A DNA stretch of 63,982 nucleotides, filler included, from Basidiobolus ranarum (Eukaryota), in the NCBI GenBank assembly GCA_040143965.1. It is 4 parts of 4 records of this genome, joined end to end, with 100 filler letters (N's around TTAATTAATTAA, not from the genome) between each part and the next. Parts side by side here need not be neighbours in the genome. Positions count along the whole stretch, not along the records: positions 1 to 16,256 come from JASJQH010000348.1; 3 more parts are not named here. One strand, 5' to 3'. Positions 1 through 13,588 of the stretch are shown here, piece after piece. Each line of letters begins with the position of its first letter. Within the stretch, counting starts at the first letter, position 1. The notes under the pieces are model-generated. The model ran no database searches, was not told where the DNA came from, and was given only the letters and a program-made list of their open reading frames with translations. A program made the position numbers and the translations under genes.

Positions 1-408
1 TTAGGTTTATTTTAGGTTTATTTTAGGTTTATAATCAATAACCCTATATTAATAGTTAAGTCAATAAAAGTGTTAAAGAATAGAGTTGAGTATCTAATTA
101 CTCATGTTGGTCAATTCTAATGTTGGTTTCTTAAATATTTTGCAAATCAGATTACTCTCTAAAATACGGGGCTTCAGCTCCATGATTCAAGTAATTTACT
201 CAACTTTGTCACCTCCACGAGTGTCACCCAGCTGCTTTATAGCTTTAGAGAGTGTTTGTACTGCCAGCACATTGAGGGATATGATTCTTTGCTAATAGAG
301 TGTGTTGTACAATTCCAGTACCCGGGATATCTTTTTACTCTTGTTTTAGCATTGGCACATAAGCCTTGATATGGACTACACTTACCAGTACTTTTCATCT
401 CTTAATAG

Positions 409-713
409 TGTTGAAATTAACAGTACCTAAACACCGATATAGTCATATATAGCTTAGTATTTAGTTATCTTATATTGAACCAAGATATTACTTAGAAGTT
501 TGAAGATATATAGGCTTTGATAACTTGTGCTAGAAGCCCCAAACTTTGCACACATGTTTCTGGGACCTTCCTTAGCACATTCTACATGTTAGTTTGCTTA
601 CATCTTGACAAAACTATAAATGTCAACTGAATACTCAATAAATCAATAGGTGAAAACCACCAATTTCTCTAATCCACCAAATCACTTCCAACAGGCTCCC
701 AAATACTTTAACA
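409..713 (+). mobile_element. Solo LTR of a Ty1/Copia-like retrotransposon with 5-bp target-site duplication
   Basis: Begins TGTTGAAA, ends TTTAACA (TG...CA with short inverted termini). AATAG flanks both sides (404-408 and 714-718). Aligns by eye with 47677-48002, which precedes a Copia gag remnant. Confidence 0.85.
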
Positions 714-1385
714 AATAGAAGGTTCAAGTCTTCTGCTATTGGTATACTCTATATTATGAGTGAAGTATATATCTGAAGGGTTGCCTCTCTTGTGTCCTCC
801 ATCTGCTTAGCTGTTAGAGAAAAACATGCTAGTGTGGCCATATGATAATTCTCACCATATGCATAAAGGTTCAGTATCTATTCTATGTATATAATAATAT
901 TCAACAACCATTGACTATGTAATTATCAGTTTCTTGCTAATAGTACAGCTAGTTACTACCAACCTAGCTATTATACTCAAGCTAAGTTGAGTTTACATAG
1001 CCATCTCATCTGATTTTCATATAGTAAACTAAAACTATGCTTGTCTTTGCCACTTTCATCCAATTATAAATATGCTTTGCTGATGAATGGCAATCTTAAG
1101 ATCGGTGGACGCCACACCCCAAATTAGAACTTGCAAGAATCATTATTCTGTGAATAAATAATTCTTAGCACCACATTTGGTCAGTTAGGCTATCTTAACC
1201 TTATATTCATCAATCCAGTATGTGAACTGGGAATTGCAAAAATAATTTGCTCATTCTGTCCCACAACTGGGGCGTAGTGCTGCGGCTATAGCTGCGGCTG
1301 GCTAACGTTTGGAGTAGTGTTATATAACCGATTCATCTTGGGACAAAGACCTATCATATTCCCAGTATTCAGAAAAATCATAGTC

Positions 1386-3461
1386 ATGTCTATGGCAATA
1401 CCCACACTAGACACGAAGCCAAGGAGACTAAAAGCCAAAAAACCCCCAAAGCCTCCCCCAATTTATAATGCCGAATATATTAAGTCACATGCTATCAACG
1501 TATTTCGAATCCCAAAGGAGCTTCTGGCCGTACTCGCACTGCACAATGATGTTGCTATACAACAGATGAGTTTACCCACAGTCAAGCAAGCAGAACCTTT
1601 TCCTGTTATCCAAGTGGACGATGAAGAAGGAGTTTTAACTTGTTTGACCTGCGGTGTTTACTTTTTGTCTTCGGAAAGGGAATGCCTACGCGAACACTAT
1701 CGTCTCGACTGGCACCGGTACAACGTCAAACGCAAGTTGAGCAATTTCAATCTCCCACCAGTCACCGAACAACAGTTTATGGACATGCTAGAAAGTATTA
1801 AAATTTCTGAAAATACGTTATTAACCGTTTGAAAATTGAACTCACCTTTGACTTTTTTTGTCGGACAGATTTGACTGACAGTATATCTGGCTCTGATAGT
1901 GACACGAGCGAGAGCAGTAATGAGAACTTGGACACCGTAGCGATACTGCTGGAGAGAGAGGACCAGTGTGCAGCAGCTTTGGAGCAGGTTTTTGTGAATG
2001 AGGCTGCTGAAGGTAAGAAACATAAACTCCACGGTGATCTTCCACTGTCTTGGTTCACTGCCGAGCCACTGCTTCCTAAAACCATTCATCTGGGTATCTA
2101 CAAACACGTGATTGCACCAGAGGCACTAAGTGAAAGTCAGCTGTTGAAGAATGGCAAGCCCTACTTTTGGACAATGATTATGATTAGTGGTGGTCACTTT
2201 GCTGCCGCTGTGTTTGATTTGCGTACGAGTACCCCACAAGAATCCGCCTCACAGAAGAGCATTACGGTGGTGGCCCATAAGACGTTCCATCGTTATACAA
2301 GTGAGTTTGTTATTGAGTAAATATTTCAGATTATTCGTTAGTAACATGGCATTTAATTTCTGTTTAGCACGTCGGAAACAGGGTGGAGCACAATCAATGT
2401 TTGGTAAGATCAGATCAGCTGGAGCCCACCTTCGACGATACAATGAAACCGCACTCAAGCAAGAAGTACGGGAGTTGTTGTCAGAATGGCGAGAGTATTT
2501 AGATAACAGTCAAACTATTTTTATACACGCACCAGGTGGCAACCGCAATACTTTGTTTGATTACCCCGATTCACCATTAGAGAGACGCGACACCAAAATC
2601 CATTCATTCCCCTTTATGACCCAGCGACCAACACTGAGCGAGCTTAAGCGTGCCTTTGTTGAGCTGACAACCCTTAAAGTGCTTCGGATGGATGAGGCAG
2701 TGATACAAGAACACGAATCGCAGATGGCTAAAGTCGAAGCAGTACAACAAAATGTTCTCGAACAGCTCTCCAAGTTGCACGAGGTGGTACCAGACGAGGA
2801 CTCACTATTGACAGTAAATGAGCAAGAAGATTTACTACCTGATGCTGATATCGAAAGAATGATTCTGCTTGCCAAACAGGGCAAGGAAAAGGTGCTCGCC
2901 AAATTCATCCAGCGAAATCAAGAGCAGCAGATCAAAATGATTTCTGCAGCAAAGAAATTACCACCCAACAATAAAGTGAGTGACACGGGGCGGCTCTGCT
3001 CTCTCTTACACGTGGCAGCTCACCATGGTCAACCGACTGTAGTTGAGTATCTTCTACGTGAACTCGATTCAGACCCGACCGTGGCGAATGCTGGCGGCAA
3101 GGTACCCTACGATTTGTGCAAAGACAAGAGCACACGCAATGCTTTCAGACGATGCATGGCCGACATGCCCGATAGGTGGGATTGGCTCAGAAAGGCGCGG
3201 GTACCTAGCCCCCTGACCAAAGAGATGGAAGAAGAGCAAGCTGCTAAAGAAGCCCAATATAAGCAACAGCAATTAGAAAGGCAACGAAAGCTTGAGGAAG
3301 AAAAGTCCAAACAAGATAAGCGGCTGAGTAAAAACACTAACCGCAAGAAGACACAAACATCAAGTGCAATCAACATGTCATCCGAGACAACAGTTAGTCT
3401 TGAACGTGAAAGGAGGGCCAAAGCCGCCGAAGCGAGACTGGCGAAATTCCAATCAAAATAG
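1386..3461 (+). CDS. VMS1: Vms1/ANKZF1 ribosome-quality-control peptidyl-tRNA release factor (3 exons)
   Basis: C2H2 finger (CLTC...HYRLDWHRYNVKRK), VLRF1 domain with GGHFAAAVF and, after splicing, HKTFHRYTTRRKQGGAQS, then ankyrin repeat (LLHVAAHHGQ) and coiled-coil tail. Introns at about 1795-1869 and 2301-2368. Confidence 0.93.
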
Positions 3462-4539
3462 AAATTTTTTCTTGCTGTAGGAATGGATTTGGCTAGGTTT
3501 TGTATTTGTATAGTTTTTTTAATAATGTAAAGATTTTGTGGAATGCGGTCAAGCACAGCATCCGTAATTGCTGTGAAATAAGTACAATCTCTACAATAGC
3601 CGTAGAAGCTGTAAGATTAGAACTACTAATGTTTGATAGCGTTAATGAATCAATGTATTAAATAAAGTGTGTATAAGATACAGATAGCAATAAATATGTA
3701 ACATTAATCCATTAATTGACTAAAATATGAAATTCCATTTGTATCAATCATATAGCTATTTGAATACTCCGTTTACGATTTACGGCTTTGAAAATATGAA
3801 TAGGATTTGCAAATGAATGGTTCTGAAGAGATCAGCTAAGATTTCAAATTTCCCTAGTTAAGAAGCTAATATGGATATGAAATTGTATATGTGCTAAATA
3901 GCAAAAAATTGATAGCTTTGTGTGTAACATCAGTCACAAGATTGGAAGTACTACTTCTTAACTACGCCTCAGAAGTGCGAATAGATCCACCAAAACTCTG
4001 GAGTAGCTACACTAATCAATAACTCAGTTGTGGCATTATGGAAAATCTTCATATAAGCTTGAGCAAGTATCACAATATTCTTCTTTGACCGTAGATTATC
4101 ATAATTTGGAAGAGGAATTTTTTATTGATGGCATATTAATGCTGACACTAGATGTTATAGTTATATTTGATGAGAAATTACTACATGAGGTTACTTAGCC
4201 AGCACAAAAGAGCTAATCCTTGAACCCGATTGCGAAATAGAAGATTACGATGCTGAAGAGGGTTTTGCTCAGATCTTGGCTACTGAGCTCATGTTAAATA
4301 AGAAGTGTACAAATATATGCTTCCTTCCTTCTATAACTATATTTTGTGATTGTAAGTTAAATCCTTAAATTGTAGCTTCCAACTAAACTGCAACTCAACT
4401 AGGTGTCCCTCCATAACAAAGCTATTTTGTAGTTACAAGAACTTGTATTAAGAGCGGGATGTAACAATTGATATATTGGTTGTAAATATATTACATGTGT
4501 GTATCTGTTAATCAAATAATATGTAGATTGGGTAAAAAA

Positions 4540-4612
4540 CCATCCAACTAGGGGTCAAACCCAGGACCTTCCGCTTAGGAGGCGGGCGCTTTATCTATTA
4601 AGCTACGAGGTC
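4540..4612 (-). pseudogene. tRNA-Arg(CCT) pseudogene
   Basis: Minus strand GACCTCGTAGCTTAATAGATAAAGCGCCCGCCTCCTAAGCGGAAGGTCCTGGGTTTGACCCCTAGTTGGATG: anticodon loop CTCCTAA and a downstream T-run, but the T-loop reads TTTGA instead of TTCGA and the acceptor stem has about 3 mismatches. Confidence 0.7.
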
Positions 4613-5377
4613 TTTACGTCAAATTAGATTATCCAACAAGAAACGACGGCATTTTTGACAAAACAATGCTTCAATCACTTTCATATTTTACTCATCTCTA
4701 ATTTATCTGTAAATTTCAACCTCCACCGAGTCACGAATTTGTGTCTATCCTATACAGCCCATAATGGATGAAACCAATATTAAAATGCTCTTTTTTCCAG
4801 TACTGATTGGTGAAACATCACTAACTTTCAGGTGGATACTTTCCTACTACTATCCTATCATAAGTATAAATTTCAAAATGAACGGACATTGGGGACAGAA
4901 GTTATCGGAAACGAATCACCACTCTTTGGATGTGTTGAACAATATACAAAAGCAAGATAATTTAAATGCAAACATATATTTGTACTATTAATTTGACAAG
5001 ATACAGTTAAAATAGAATCAGCAACGTAATACAATTTGAAAGTATTGGTAGAATCAATTGTGAGGGTAAAAGGTACACCTGGTTGTAGTTGAGGAGTACC
5101 AACTACTGCAAAGGTCACAAAAATACATTCCGTAAAGACACAGATGATCCTGATCGAGTCATAAAGAAATCCAACTATATTACGTAGACAATGATATGTA
5201 GTGAGCATGGATATATTTGTCATTAAAATTCGTATTTATATATGCTTAATTTGGCTTTGTACTATTGCATTAATTTCATATGATGTCTTCTTGACTCCAC
5301 TAGATAGCACAACAAAATATTATATATTCCATGGTATAGGCTCAGGGTTGGCCATTGGATAGAGTGAAGAAGTGATT

Positions 5378-5476
5378 AGTGAAATGGTTATGAGTATCGG
5401 TATTGAATGTAGTGAAATGGTTATGAGTATCGGTATTGAATGTAGTGAAATGGTTATGAGTATCGGTATTGAATGC
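5378..5476. repeat. 33-bp tandem repeat, 3 copies
   Basis: AGTGAAATGGTTATGAGTATCGGTATTGAATGT x3 (last base differs), just downstream of the MFS gene stop. Confidence 0.95.
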
Positions 5477-5514
5477 ACAACTATAAAAAGTTGGCGATAG
5501 TATTGCACAGATGA

Positions 5515-7452
5515 TTATGAAATGTAGCGGAAGTCAGGATGCTGCATATTGAAACACTCACTTAGTACAACTTCTAATAAAAAGATATGATTGAAAGTTT
5601 ACCCAATCAGCAGGTTCGATTTGATTACACTCCTTTTGATGTTGTTCAGGGGTTAAATTATCTCGTCTTCTATTTTCGCGAATCAATAGCCATTTGAAAA
5701 CTAGAGCGGAAACCCATCCTAATGCCATGCAAGCCAAACAAATAGCGTGACCACGAGGGTAGAAGGGAGCATCGTCAGCTCTGTATATCTATTGAAAAAG
5801 CGAGATTGAATGAGCCAAACAGTTGTTTATGGTGCAAATACGGACACATAAATGATTGTACCTGACCCCCTAGCGCACCTCCAATGTTACCAAATGAGAT
5901 AATAAGAGCGGAAGCTACACCACGCTTAGTATGACCACCAATGTTATTGGTGAACCAAGACAACATACTAGGGATATTTGCAAATACACCAGTAGTGGTG
6001 ATGATTGCAGCAACATACAAGGCTGCAGAGCCTCGATTCTTAAGCACAATAAGTAACAGATAGCCGATCATTCCTACAAACATCCAAACAGCAATATGTA
6101 ATCCGCGCTCCCTCTTACGATCAGCATGAAAAGATACTATGATGGTGAGGATACAAGCGACTACGTATGGAGGTGCGGACATCAGCTGAGCTGTTAGACT
6201 TGTAAAGCCCATACCACTGACGATACTGGGTAAGAACAGACTCAAGCTATACAAAGGAGTGGAAGCAGCAATATAAACAATCATATGCATATAAATCTTC
6301 CAATCTACGAAAGCATCCTTGAACTGTTTCCAGGAGAATTCGGTTTCCGAAGCAACTCCAGCATCGTGCTTTAACCGTGCCATCAAGAGTTGGCGTTCCT
6401 CTTCATTAAGGAAGGATGCACTTTCAGGGAAATCGGGTAGATAATAGTAGGACACAAAAGCAAGTAGAAAAGTAGGTATGCCCCTATATCATGAAATGAT
6501 GGAGGGTTAGTATGATGTAGACTGTATTTTGACATGAGAAATGGCATACTCGATGATAAAAATCCATTGCCAGCCCGTTAGATCCAGTACTCCACCCATC
6601 TGAATAATCCCATAGGCTAGCACACCACCAAAAGCACCAGCAATGGTAGCTGCACTAAAGAATAAGGCGATTCGGAGAGCCTGTTCCTGTCGTGTATACC
6701 ACAGAGAGAGATAAAATATCACACCAGGGAATAAACCAGCTACAGGTAGCGAAAGCATTACATCATTAGATTACGACCTTTGTAATTTTATGATATGTGT
6801 GAAAAGCATACCTTCAGCTAATCCCAAAAAAAATCTAGATGCTAGAAGTCCAGCTGCGTTACTCACTGCAGCCATACACATCATAACTACAGACCATGCT
6901 ATCATGACGATGGGAATCCATCTGGAAGGGCCTATCTTCTTAAGCATAATATTCGAGGGGCTGCATTGAAAACAATTAGCACGCCGGATAGCAATCAATA
7001 AATATATGAAGAAACCACTCACACTTCGAATAGAACCTGTAAGCCAACAATAGGAAACGATGTTATTTGATCAGTTTCGATTTTAGTTGAAGCGATTATA
7101 TAATCTGGATTCTACTTACATAACCGATGAAAAAGATAGAGAGAGACCAGTTGAATTCATTATTAGTCAAAGCAAGATCCTTATCTATGTGAGCGAGTTT
7201 TGCATTACCTACAAATATAACATAGTAAGTTCAGATTTACAATACGATAAAGTGATGCGGTGCGAGAAAACAATACATACCGATATTCACACGATCCAGG
7301 AAAGAACAGAGATACAACAAGGAGAGAAAAGGAATCAACCGTTTGTCTAATTTTCTAACCAACGCTTTTTCGGCAATAGGATCAGATGTAAAATCCAAGC
7401 TGAAGCCTTTCTCCTCGTAAACTGCATCTTTAGAAACTTTTTCGCCAGCCAT
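5515..7452 (-). CDS. MFS transporter, anion:cation symporter family (Dal5/Tna1-like), multi-exon
   Basis: EKALVRKLDKRLIPFLSLLYLCSFLDRVNIG, PSNIMLKKIGPSRW, RFFLGLAE-AGLFPG, WQWIFIIE, and C-terminal HPDFRYIS-stop after a final intron. Confidence 0.93.
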
Positions 7453-8411
7453 TTTGGAATAGCAAAGCAATTGGCAAAGGGTAGCAAAAGGAGTATGATT
7501 TGGTTGTCTGCATGTCCAGTTTATATAGATTGTACATAGTTGTCAGGTATAAGGTTTGCGACGTATACACTGATAGTGGAATAATGTAGTTTCATCAATA
7601 GTCTCTTGTGTAAGCTCATATTTCAAAGATGTTACTGATTCTAACTAGTCGCTATGACTTCACTGGTTTTCTATCCCATACCATAAAAGGCACAAAGTAA
7701 ACCTGTTGCGCATGACCAAAACTTATCTTTGAAGTGCATGTACAACTATGTTTATTTTGAGATGCTTGATTCATATATGTTGTACAGGCATTAAACAGAG
7801 GGATGGCAACAAGAACCATTCAAATGGCGAATGACCCCTCCACTCCTAAGGTAACACAATTTTCGAAAACAAATTTGGAGTTTATGTTCACCGTTTCAGT
7901 AACTGGTTGTACCCGCGATGGAGTCGCCTCTTCAAGTGACCAATCTTGGAAAAGGCAAGCAGAAACATTACCTTTTTGAGAGTCACAAATGAAAAAAGGA
8001 TATACTACTATTTTAGCAGTCATAAAGAATTCGCCTCACATGAGATGCCAACGAGTCCTTTTCCAAATTTTTCGAACATTTGCTTATTAAACTGATCCTA
8101 ACAATACACGAAAACTCGGAATCTATTTTCCGTGAGAATTTCCAGGTGCCGAACAGTGGAGGACGCAGTTCCAAGTATTTATTTTCCGTACAACAGTCAT
8201 AGTGACTATATAACGATTAATCGAATCGATCACCATCATTGCTGGTCAATCAACTCGATCAAATACTTATTAAATATATAGATAAATATAATACACCTTA
8301 CCATTTTGATTCTTATGATGAGATGCAAGTAATTTTCCTTGTTAGGGTCTAACTCACTTAATGAAAGTCAATAAAATTGTATCCTCCATTTGCAACAGCA
8401 GTATTCTTTGA

Positions 8412-8555
8412 TGTTAAAGTATTTTGGGAGTTTGTTGGAAGCGGTTTGGAGACTGGAAGAATTGGTGGTTTTAACTTATTGATTTATTGAGTAGAAAGTT
8501 GCAATTATAGCTTTGTCAAGATAAAAACCAACAACAAGGTCCCAGGAGCATGTGT
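8412..8555 (-). mobile_element. Partial LTR, same family as 409-713
   Basis: TGTTAAAGTATTTTGGGAG...GAATTGGTGGTTTT...TTTGTCAAGAT...GGTCCCAG is the reverse complement of the 3' half of the 409-713 LTR. Confidence 0.8.
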
Positions 8556-11500
8556 TACTAGTGGAAAATATCGTAAGCTATATTATGATAGTGCTAGTGA
8601 CAGTGATATAATATTGTATGGCACGAATGACTAGGTTGCTTACACTAACATAAGTACTAAAGAACACATTCCTTAGAAATAGGTGGACAAAAACTTGAAT
8701 ACTTCCAACTATTATAGGTAACCAATAGATGCAGAGAAATTGGATTATGGCTCACGAAAAGTATTACTCTAGAGCTAAGATTAGATCATCTGTATACAAC
8801 TTATCATAGCTACTTTTGCTTTATGTAAGCAGCTATAGTGGTAATAAAAGCATCTGTTACGTATGCTATGATGTAATCATTATATATGACTGTTTCCTTT
8901 TATATACTTGATGGTAAATAGATAATCCCTATATACAAAGCTGTATTTCAGCCTACGATATTCCATGGTATCTGGACTTGAACTATTATGTAATATGTAT
9001 TATAAATCACCAGTGTGCACTCTTCTTTCATCTTTATCATAACTATGCCTCCAGAAGCAACTCGGTTTGTAACTGATACCGATAATACGGATTGATAGAC
9101 TACATATGACCAAAGAAGATGCTTTAAATTCACCTATTTTGGGACTTTTACTGGCTATCCTTGATGCTAGCGTATTCGGCATCACTTATCAACAGAATAA
9201 GAATGGGAAATCTATCTAACCGTAAAATAAGACGTTAATTTCGATAAGCAACAATAGCATCATACACCTATCATGTCCCTCTCATATATCATGTCCCTCT
9301 CCTCCACTTGTAAACGCTCATTCTATCTACGTCGAGATCCTTTCTTATGAACTGAAGCTAAGGGATAGATATTCCATATTTGAACTCTGATGGGTTTGTG
9401 CGTGTATAGCGCCGTAACATGGGTGGTAGTTACCTTGATCTGATGTTCCAACTGTCACCATTACCTTTCGATCCCATTCCCATTCAATCTTATTGGTAAG
9501 TTGAATTCTTGGCATGTAAGCAGGATATGATTGGAGAAAAAGCATGGAATGTTTATTTTATTGAATGTAACCAATGAAGATAACACTGATTGCGACCAAT
9601 ATGTAGTCAAAACTACATAACACAACTAGTAGATGAAACCAGGGCTGGAGGCTGTTCAGAGAGTGCATCGATACATAGTTGTTTACATTTGTTGAGGAAA
9701 GTAATCTTAGTGTTGTGTGAGAATAATACATATCCAATCTAACAAACGTCAATTTCAATCTATCAAAGCACAATTTCCTTCCTTCATTAGTCAAACCGTC
9801 TCATAAAGTATGGTTCGGTTTCATTGAGCAATATTTCTTTGTCACTCGGTCTTGCAATAATAACCCTACATTTAATTAGGGCAATTTAGTTACGATGGAC
9901 CGCAATCTTGTGATATAGGGCCACAAGAGCTTATGGAACATTGGAACGATCCTCTAGGTTAGGTAAATGATAAGGGATATGTATCTAGTTCATTTTCCCA
10001 AAACTAACACTAATCAGTGGATTTACTAAGTACTCTACCACGCCCACCTAGCACTATCTTCCACACCCATACCAAACTCCGTCAAAGATAGTCCAAAGTA
10101 AATGAGACATCCCGTGTCACTCCCAAAATCGTGTGTAGTTTAACTGGTCTGACCATTCAAACGAGAGCATTGCGAGTCAGACAATCTCATCCATAATGAC
10201 AAAAATATAATACGGTGCTACAGAGAAAGGAAGCATGAGGTAAGGTGCGATGATTCAATATCAAAGAATTAAGACAGTTCGAGTGTTCTGGCTGAGAACA
10301 TGTGATTTAATGTGCATGAGAACAGAAACTGCTCAATAGAGCTAGTCTTGACTTACTGCCATTCATAGCTCATTGTACATCTGGATTGGGCGAGTTAACC
10401 CGATGAAAGGGATGATACGTGAACTAAGGCAATATGAAACAGGGGAGATCATGAAGAGAAACAAACAGGTGCAAAGGCCAATTCCGAGCCTAGGCTTGAG
10501 GCTTGAAACCAAGTCGGAATGATCAAGGGGAGCCCAAAATCAACCTTGTAGTTGGGGGAAATTTGAATTGATGAGAGATATTTCCCATTGCAACCCACAA
10601 AATAAATCCATTGATTGTTTATTTTATTACATAATGAGCTCCAATACAATCCTCACTGGTTGTGCTTGACTGTATAAAATGTCAAATATGCATATGAGCA
10701 CTTTATTGAAAGCAAACCCATGAATCTGTTACAAGCAGCTGAGCAAATTATCACACCATGGGATAAGGGAGTTGACTTTGGATGCTTCTTTCACCATGCA
10801 ATCAATTTTAAAATTCCCTAATAAAACAATTATCGGTAGGGACGGAGTAAAGTGAAACTACACGAACATCCAAATTAGGAAGATATTTTCATAATCACTC
10901 ACCGGATACTAGCTCATTGAATACACCAACTCTCGCCCTCGCCCTCCCCCTAGTCTACCCCAACATACTAAGATACAGTATATTAGATAGGATTCATTAA
11001 GAGATAAGTACGATCTGAGCTAGAGTCTAGACTCTTCGATAAGCAGGGTGCAATTTATCCTATTGTGTTTTCACATTGACGCTACTCTTTAACATGATAG
11101 CGTGTATCCTACATCTCGGTTTGGAGAATTGCATCATGATTAACCAGTTCCAAGACATTTCAGGAGGTAAGGAATACCCCGATTGGTCATAGGACATAGC
11201 TGACCTTAATGATGGATACGTACTCTCTTAAGATACCCGATTCTACCTCCTTGGCCATTAGTATTCTAATAGGAAGAGTTCCGGACTTAAAGTTGTCCAT
11301 CCGAAGTGCAGGAATCTCACTGCCTTACCAACGACAAACGGGGCATTCTTATTAAGAACCACCAATCAGGGAGCCTTGCTGAAGATATCGCTGACGAATA
11401 AGATTACATTTATATATCCGCACCAATAGTCAAGCATCAATATGGTAGACCCATATTATCGGAATTGGCATCAGAAAAAAAGATAAAATTCGGATGGAGA

Positions 11501-13588
11501 TAGCTACTACGGAGAGTAGACTCCGTTCATGGGAATTACTATTAGTGCTCTCGAGAGATCCAACTCCATCTAGATCCTTCTAAATCCATAGGACGGATCT
11601 CAATAGGAACCTTCCATACAGGATGACTAATAGAGTAGCGTTGGCATTGCCAGCGGAAGGGCAATCGATGAAACGCGAAGTGCTTTTTCTCAAGAAAAGT
11701 CCTTCTGTGACACGAATGGCAGAATTCTCCCCTAATTCGGTGGCATAATGTAATGCAAATCAAAATACCACCTTACCCATATTTAATAGATTATCCTGAT
11801 TAATAATGGAAATGGGATGAATATTGGTGTTAGATCATCAGCCTCACTGGATTGGTGGTGCTTTTACTCGGAGATGTTTTTTACCGCATATCTAGCTTCC
11901 ATGTTATTTGTCGTACTGATCGGTCCGTTAACCCGTACTTCTCGATGCTTTGTGATCTTCAGTCAAAAATGGGGATGAATCAGGGTGACAACATGGCATT
12001 GACGATACTTGTCACTTTGCTCCTGACACCTATTCTTTGTGGAACCCTTGATTTAACTTTAGTTTGTGTATGTGCTTAGAATGGCGTAAACATACAGTGT
12101 CAATATTAGTCTCTCCAAGCCTAGATTCGTATAACGTATTCCTATAGCCCTGATTAAAAAAGTTGAGGGTAGAACTAGTGAGCATTTTTCATCGCTGCTT
12201 GTATAGTTCATGGTTTTGGGTAAATGTCAACCGGGAGATCGGGTGAATTCTTAATGCTGGTGGTAGCCACTGAGGCGATTGAACGTGAACACAGTGGTCG
12301 AATGTGGAAAAAGCCAGATAAGATGATACTTTGTAATGATTATAAGAATGGGATTGAAGAGCTAGAACATGATGACCTATCCTCTACCGAATACCTTTAT
12401 TAGAGTTAGTCTGAGTTGCAGTTTAACCGAGTAGTATCTAAAGAATGGGATTGTGGCATCTTGTGAATGAAGAATACCAGTTTTTTTTGGGGGAGATCAA
12501 TTGCATTTTGAATCTCTAAAATAAACTAGACTTCGGAATTAAGCTACTGGTAAATATACATTGGCACGCCGACTCTAAAACGGGCTATAGTGCCCGTAGA
12601 CAGTGAAAACTGCGCGAAGGAATTAGCCATCGTCTCTCTGGCCATATCCTTGAAATAACAAACTCTAAATAGAGTACAACACAAGGCAACATACACTAAT
12701 GAAACTACAAATACGGTCCAGGTGTAGGATTCAAGAAACACCTTAGTTCTCATCCGAGACCAACCTCAGTTTGGAAGGATCCCGTAGTCCAAGTGATGCT
12801 CAGCTCTTTCCTCAGATTAACAACTCGTCTCAGGACCAATAGTCGGTACCACTTGGATCAAATAAAATATCCGGCACTCCAATTCGACTTTATCTGTTTC
12901 AACATGACTGACCAATCAATTGGATCAAGTATAGAGTGGAAAGAGAATATAAATATTATGGCTTGCAAGACAACAAATTCAAAACTGAATTTAGTTTGTT
13001 TCCGTTTTGGTGTAATCAGTGTGTGTGTGGAATCAGAAGAGATTTAATTTGTCGAAAAAGCATGGGGAAATCCCCTCTGGGTATGAGTGATCCTAGTGTG
13101 CCGACTCTGAAGGTTTAAGCCTAAATCATCGAGAAAAAAGAAATACTTAATTAAGACAGGACAATTTCCTTTACAGGAGTTAACAACAGTAATTGGACTC
13201 ACTTCACCCGATCTTTTTTCCTTTTTTCCTTTTTCTAGCTCCCCATTTTACTATATTCATTTATTTGGACCTACTCCAACCGACTGAAATCTACGATGTG
13301 TGAGTTAGATCATTATTGTGTGGTCACGAATTGCCGGAGTTTTCTCCAGGGTTATATAAAGCCATCAAGTCGATTGCAATTCCCTTTAAGCATCTTATAA
13401 ATCGTGTTAATCTATCTGCAGGTCTTTCAGAGCAATATCTCTAATTCCCACCACCTTCATCAGCATATCTTGTCCCTCACTTATCGTGCCTAACACTCGC
13501 TTCTAATCACCCGTTCTTATATCTGTATCAAGCGTTATTCCTAGTAAAACGTACCTTGTAATATTACTGTCCACATATTTCTTCAAAG

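Noticed and set aside
1-32. TTAGGTTTATT-like repeats at the window start as a telomere
   Set aside because: Only about three 11-bp units, not a TTAGGG array, and in the wrong orientation for a left telomere.
100-1150. Possible decayed DNA-transposase sequence around the solo LTR
   Set aside because: Only faint motif-like fragments in broken frames; not supportable without a homology search.
1697-3556. Several antisense ORFs over VMS1 (likewise over TPS2, BUD6, the Sel1 gene and the DAACS gene)
   Set aside because: Shadow ORFs opposite well-supported genes, with no motifs of their own.
5378-5476. 33-bp repeats as a CRISPR array, and the 5320-5508 ORF as a repeat protein
   Set aside because: Units are head-to-tail with no spacers, the context is eukaryotic with no cas genes, and the ORF is a by-product of a unit length divisible by 3.
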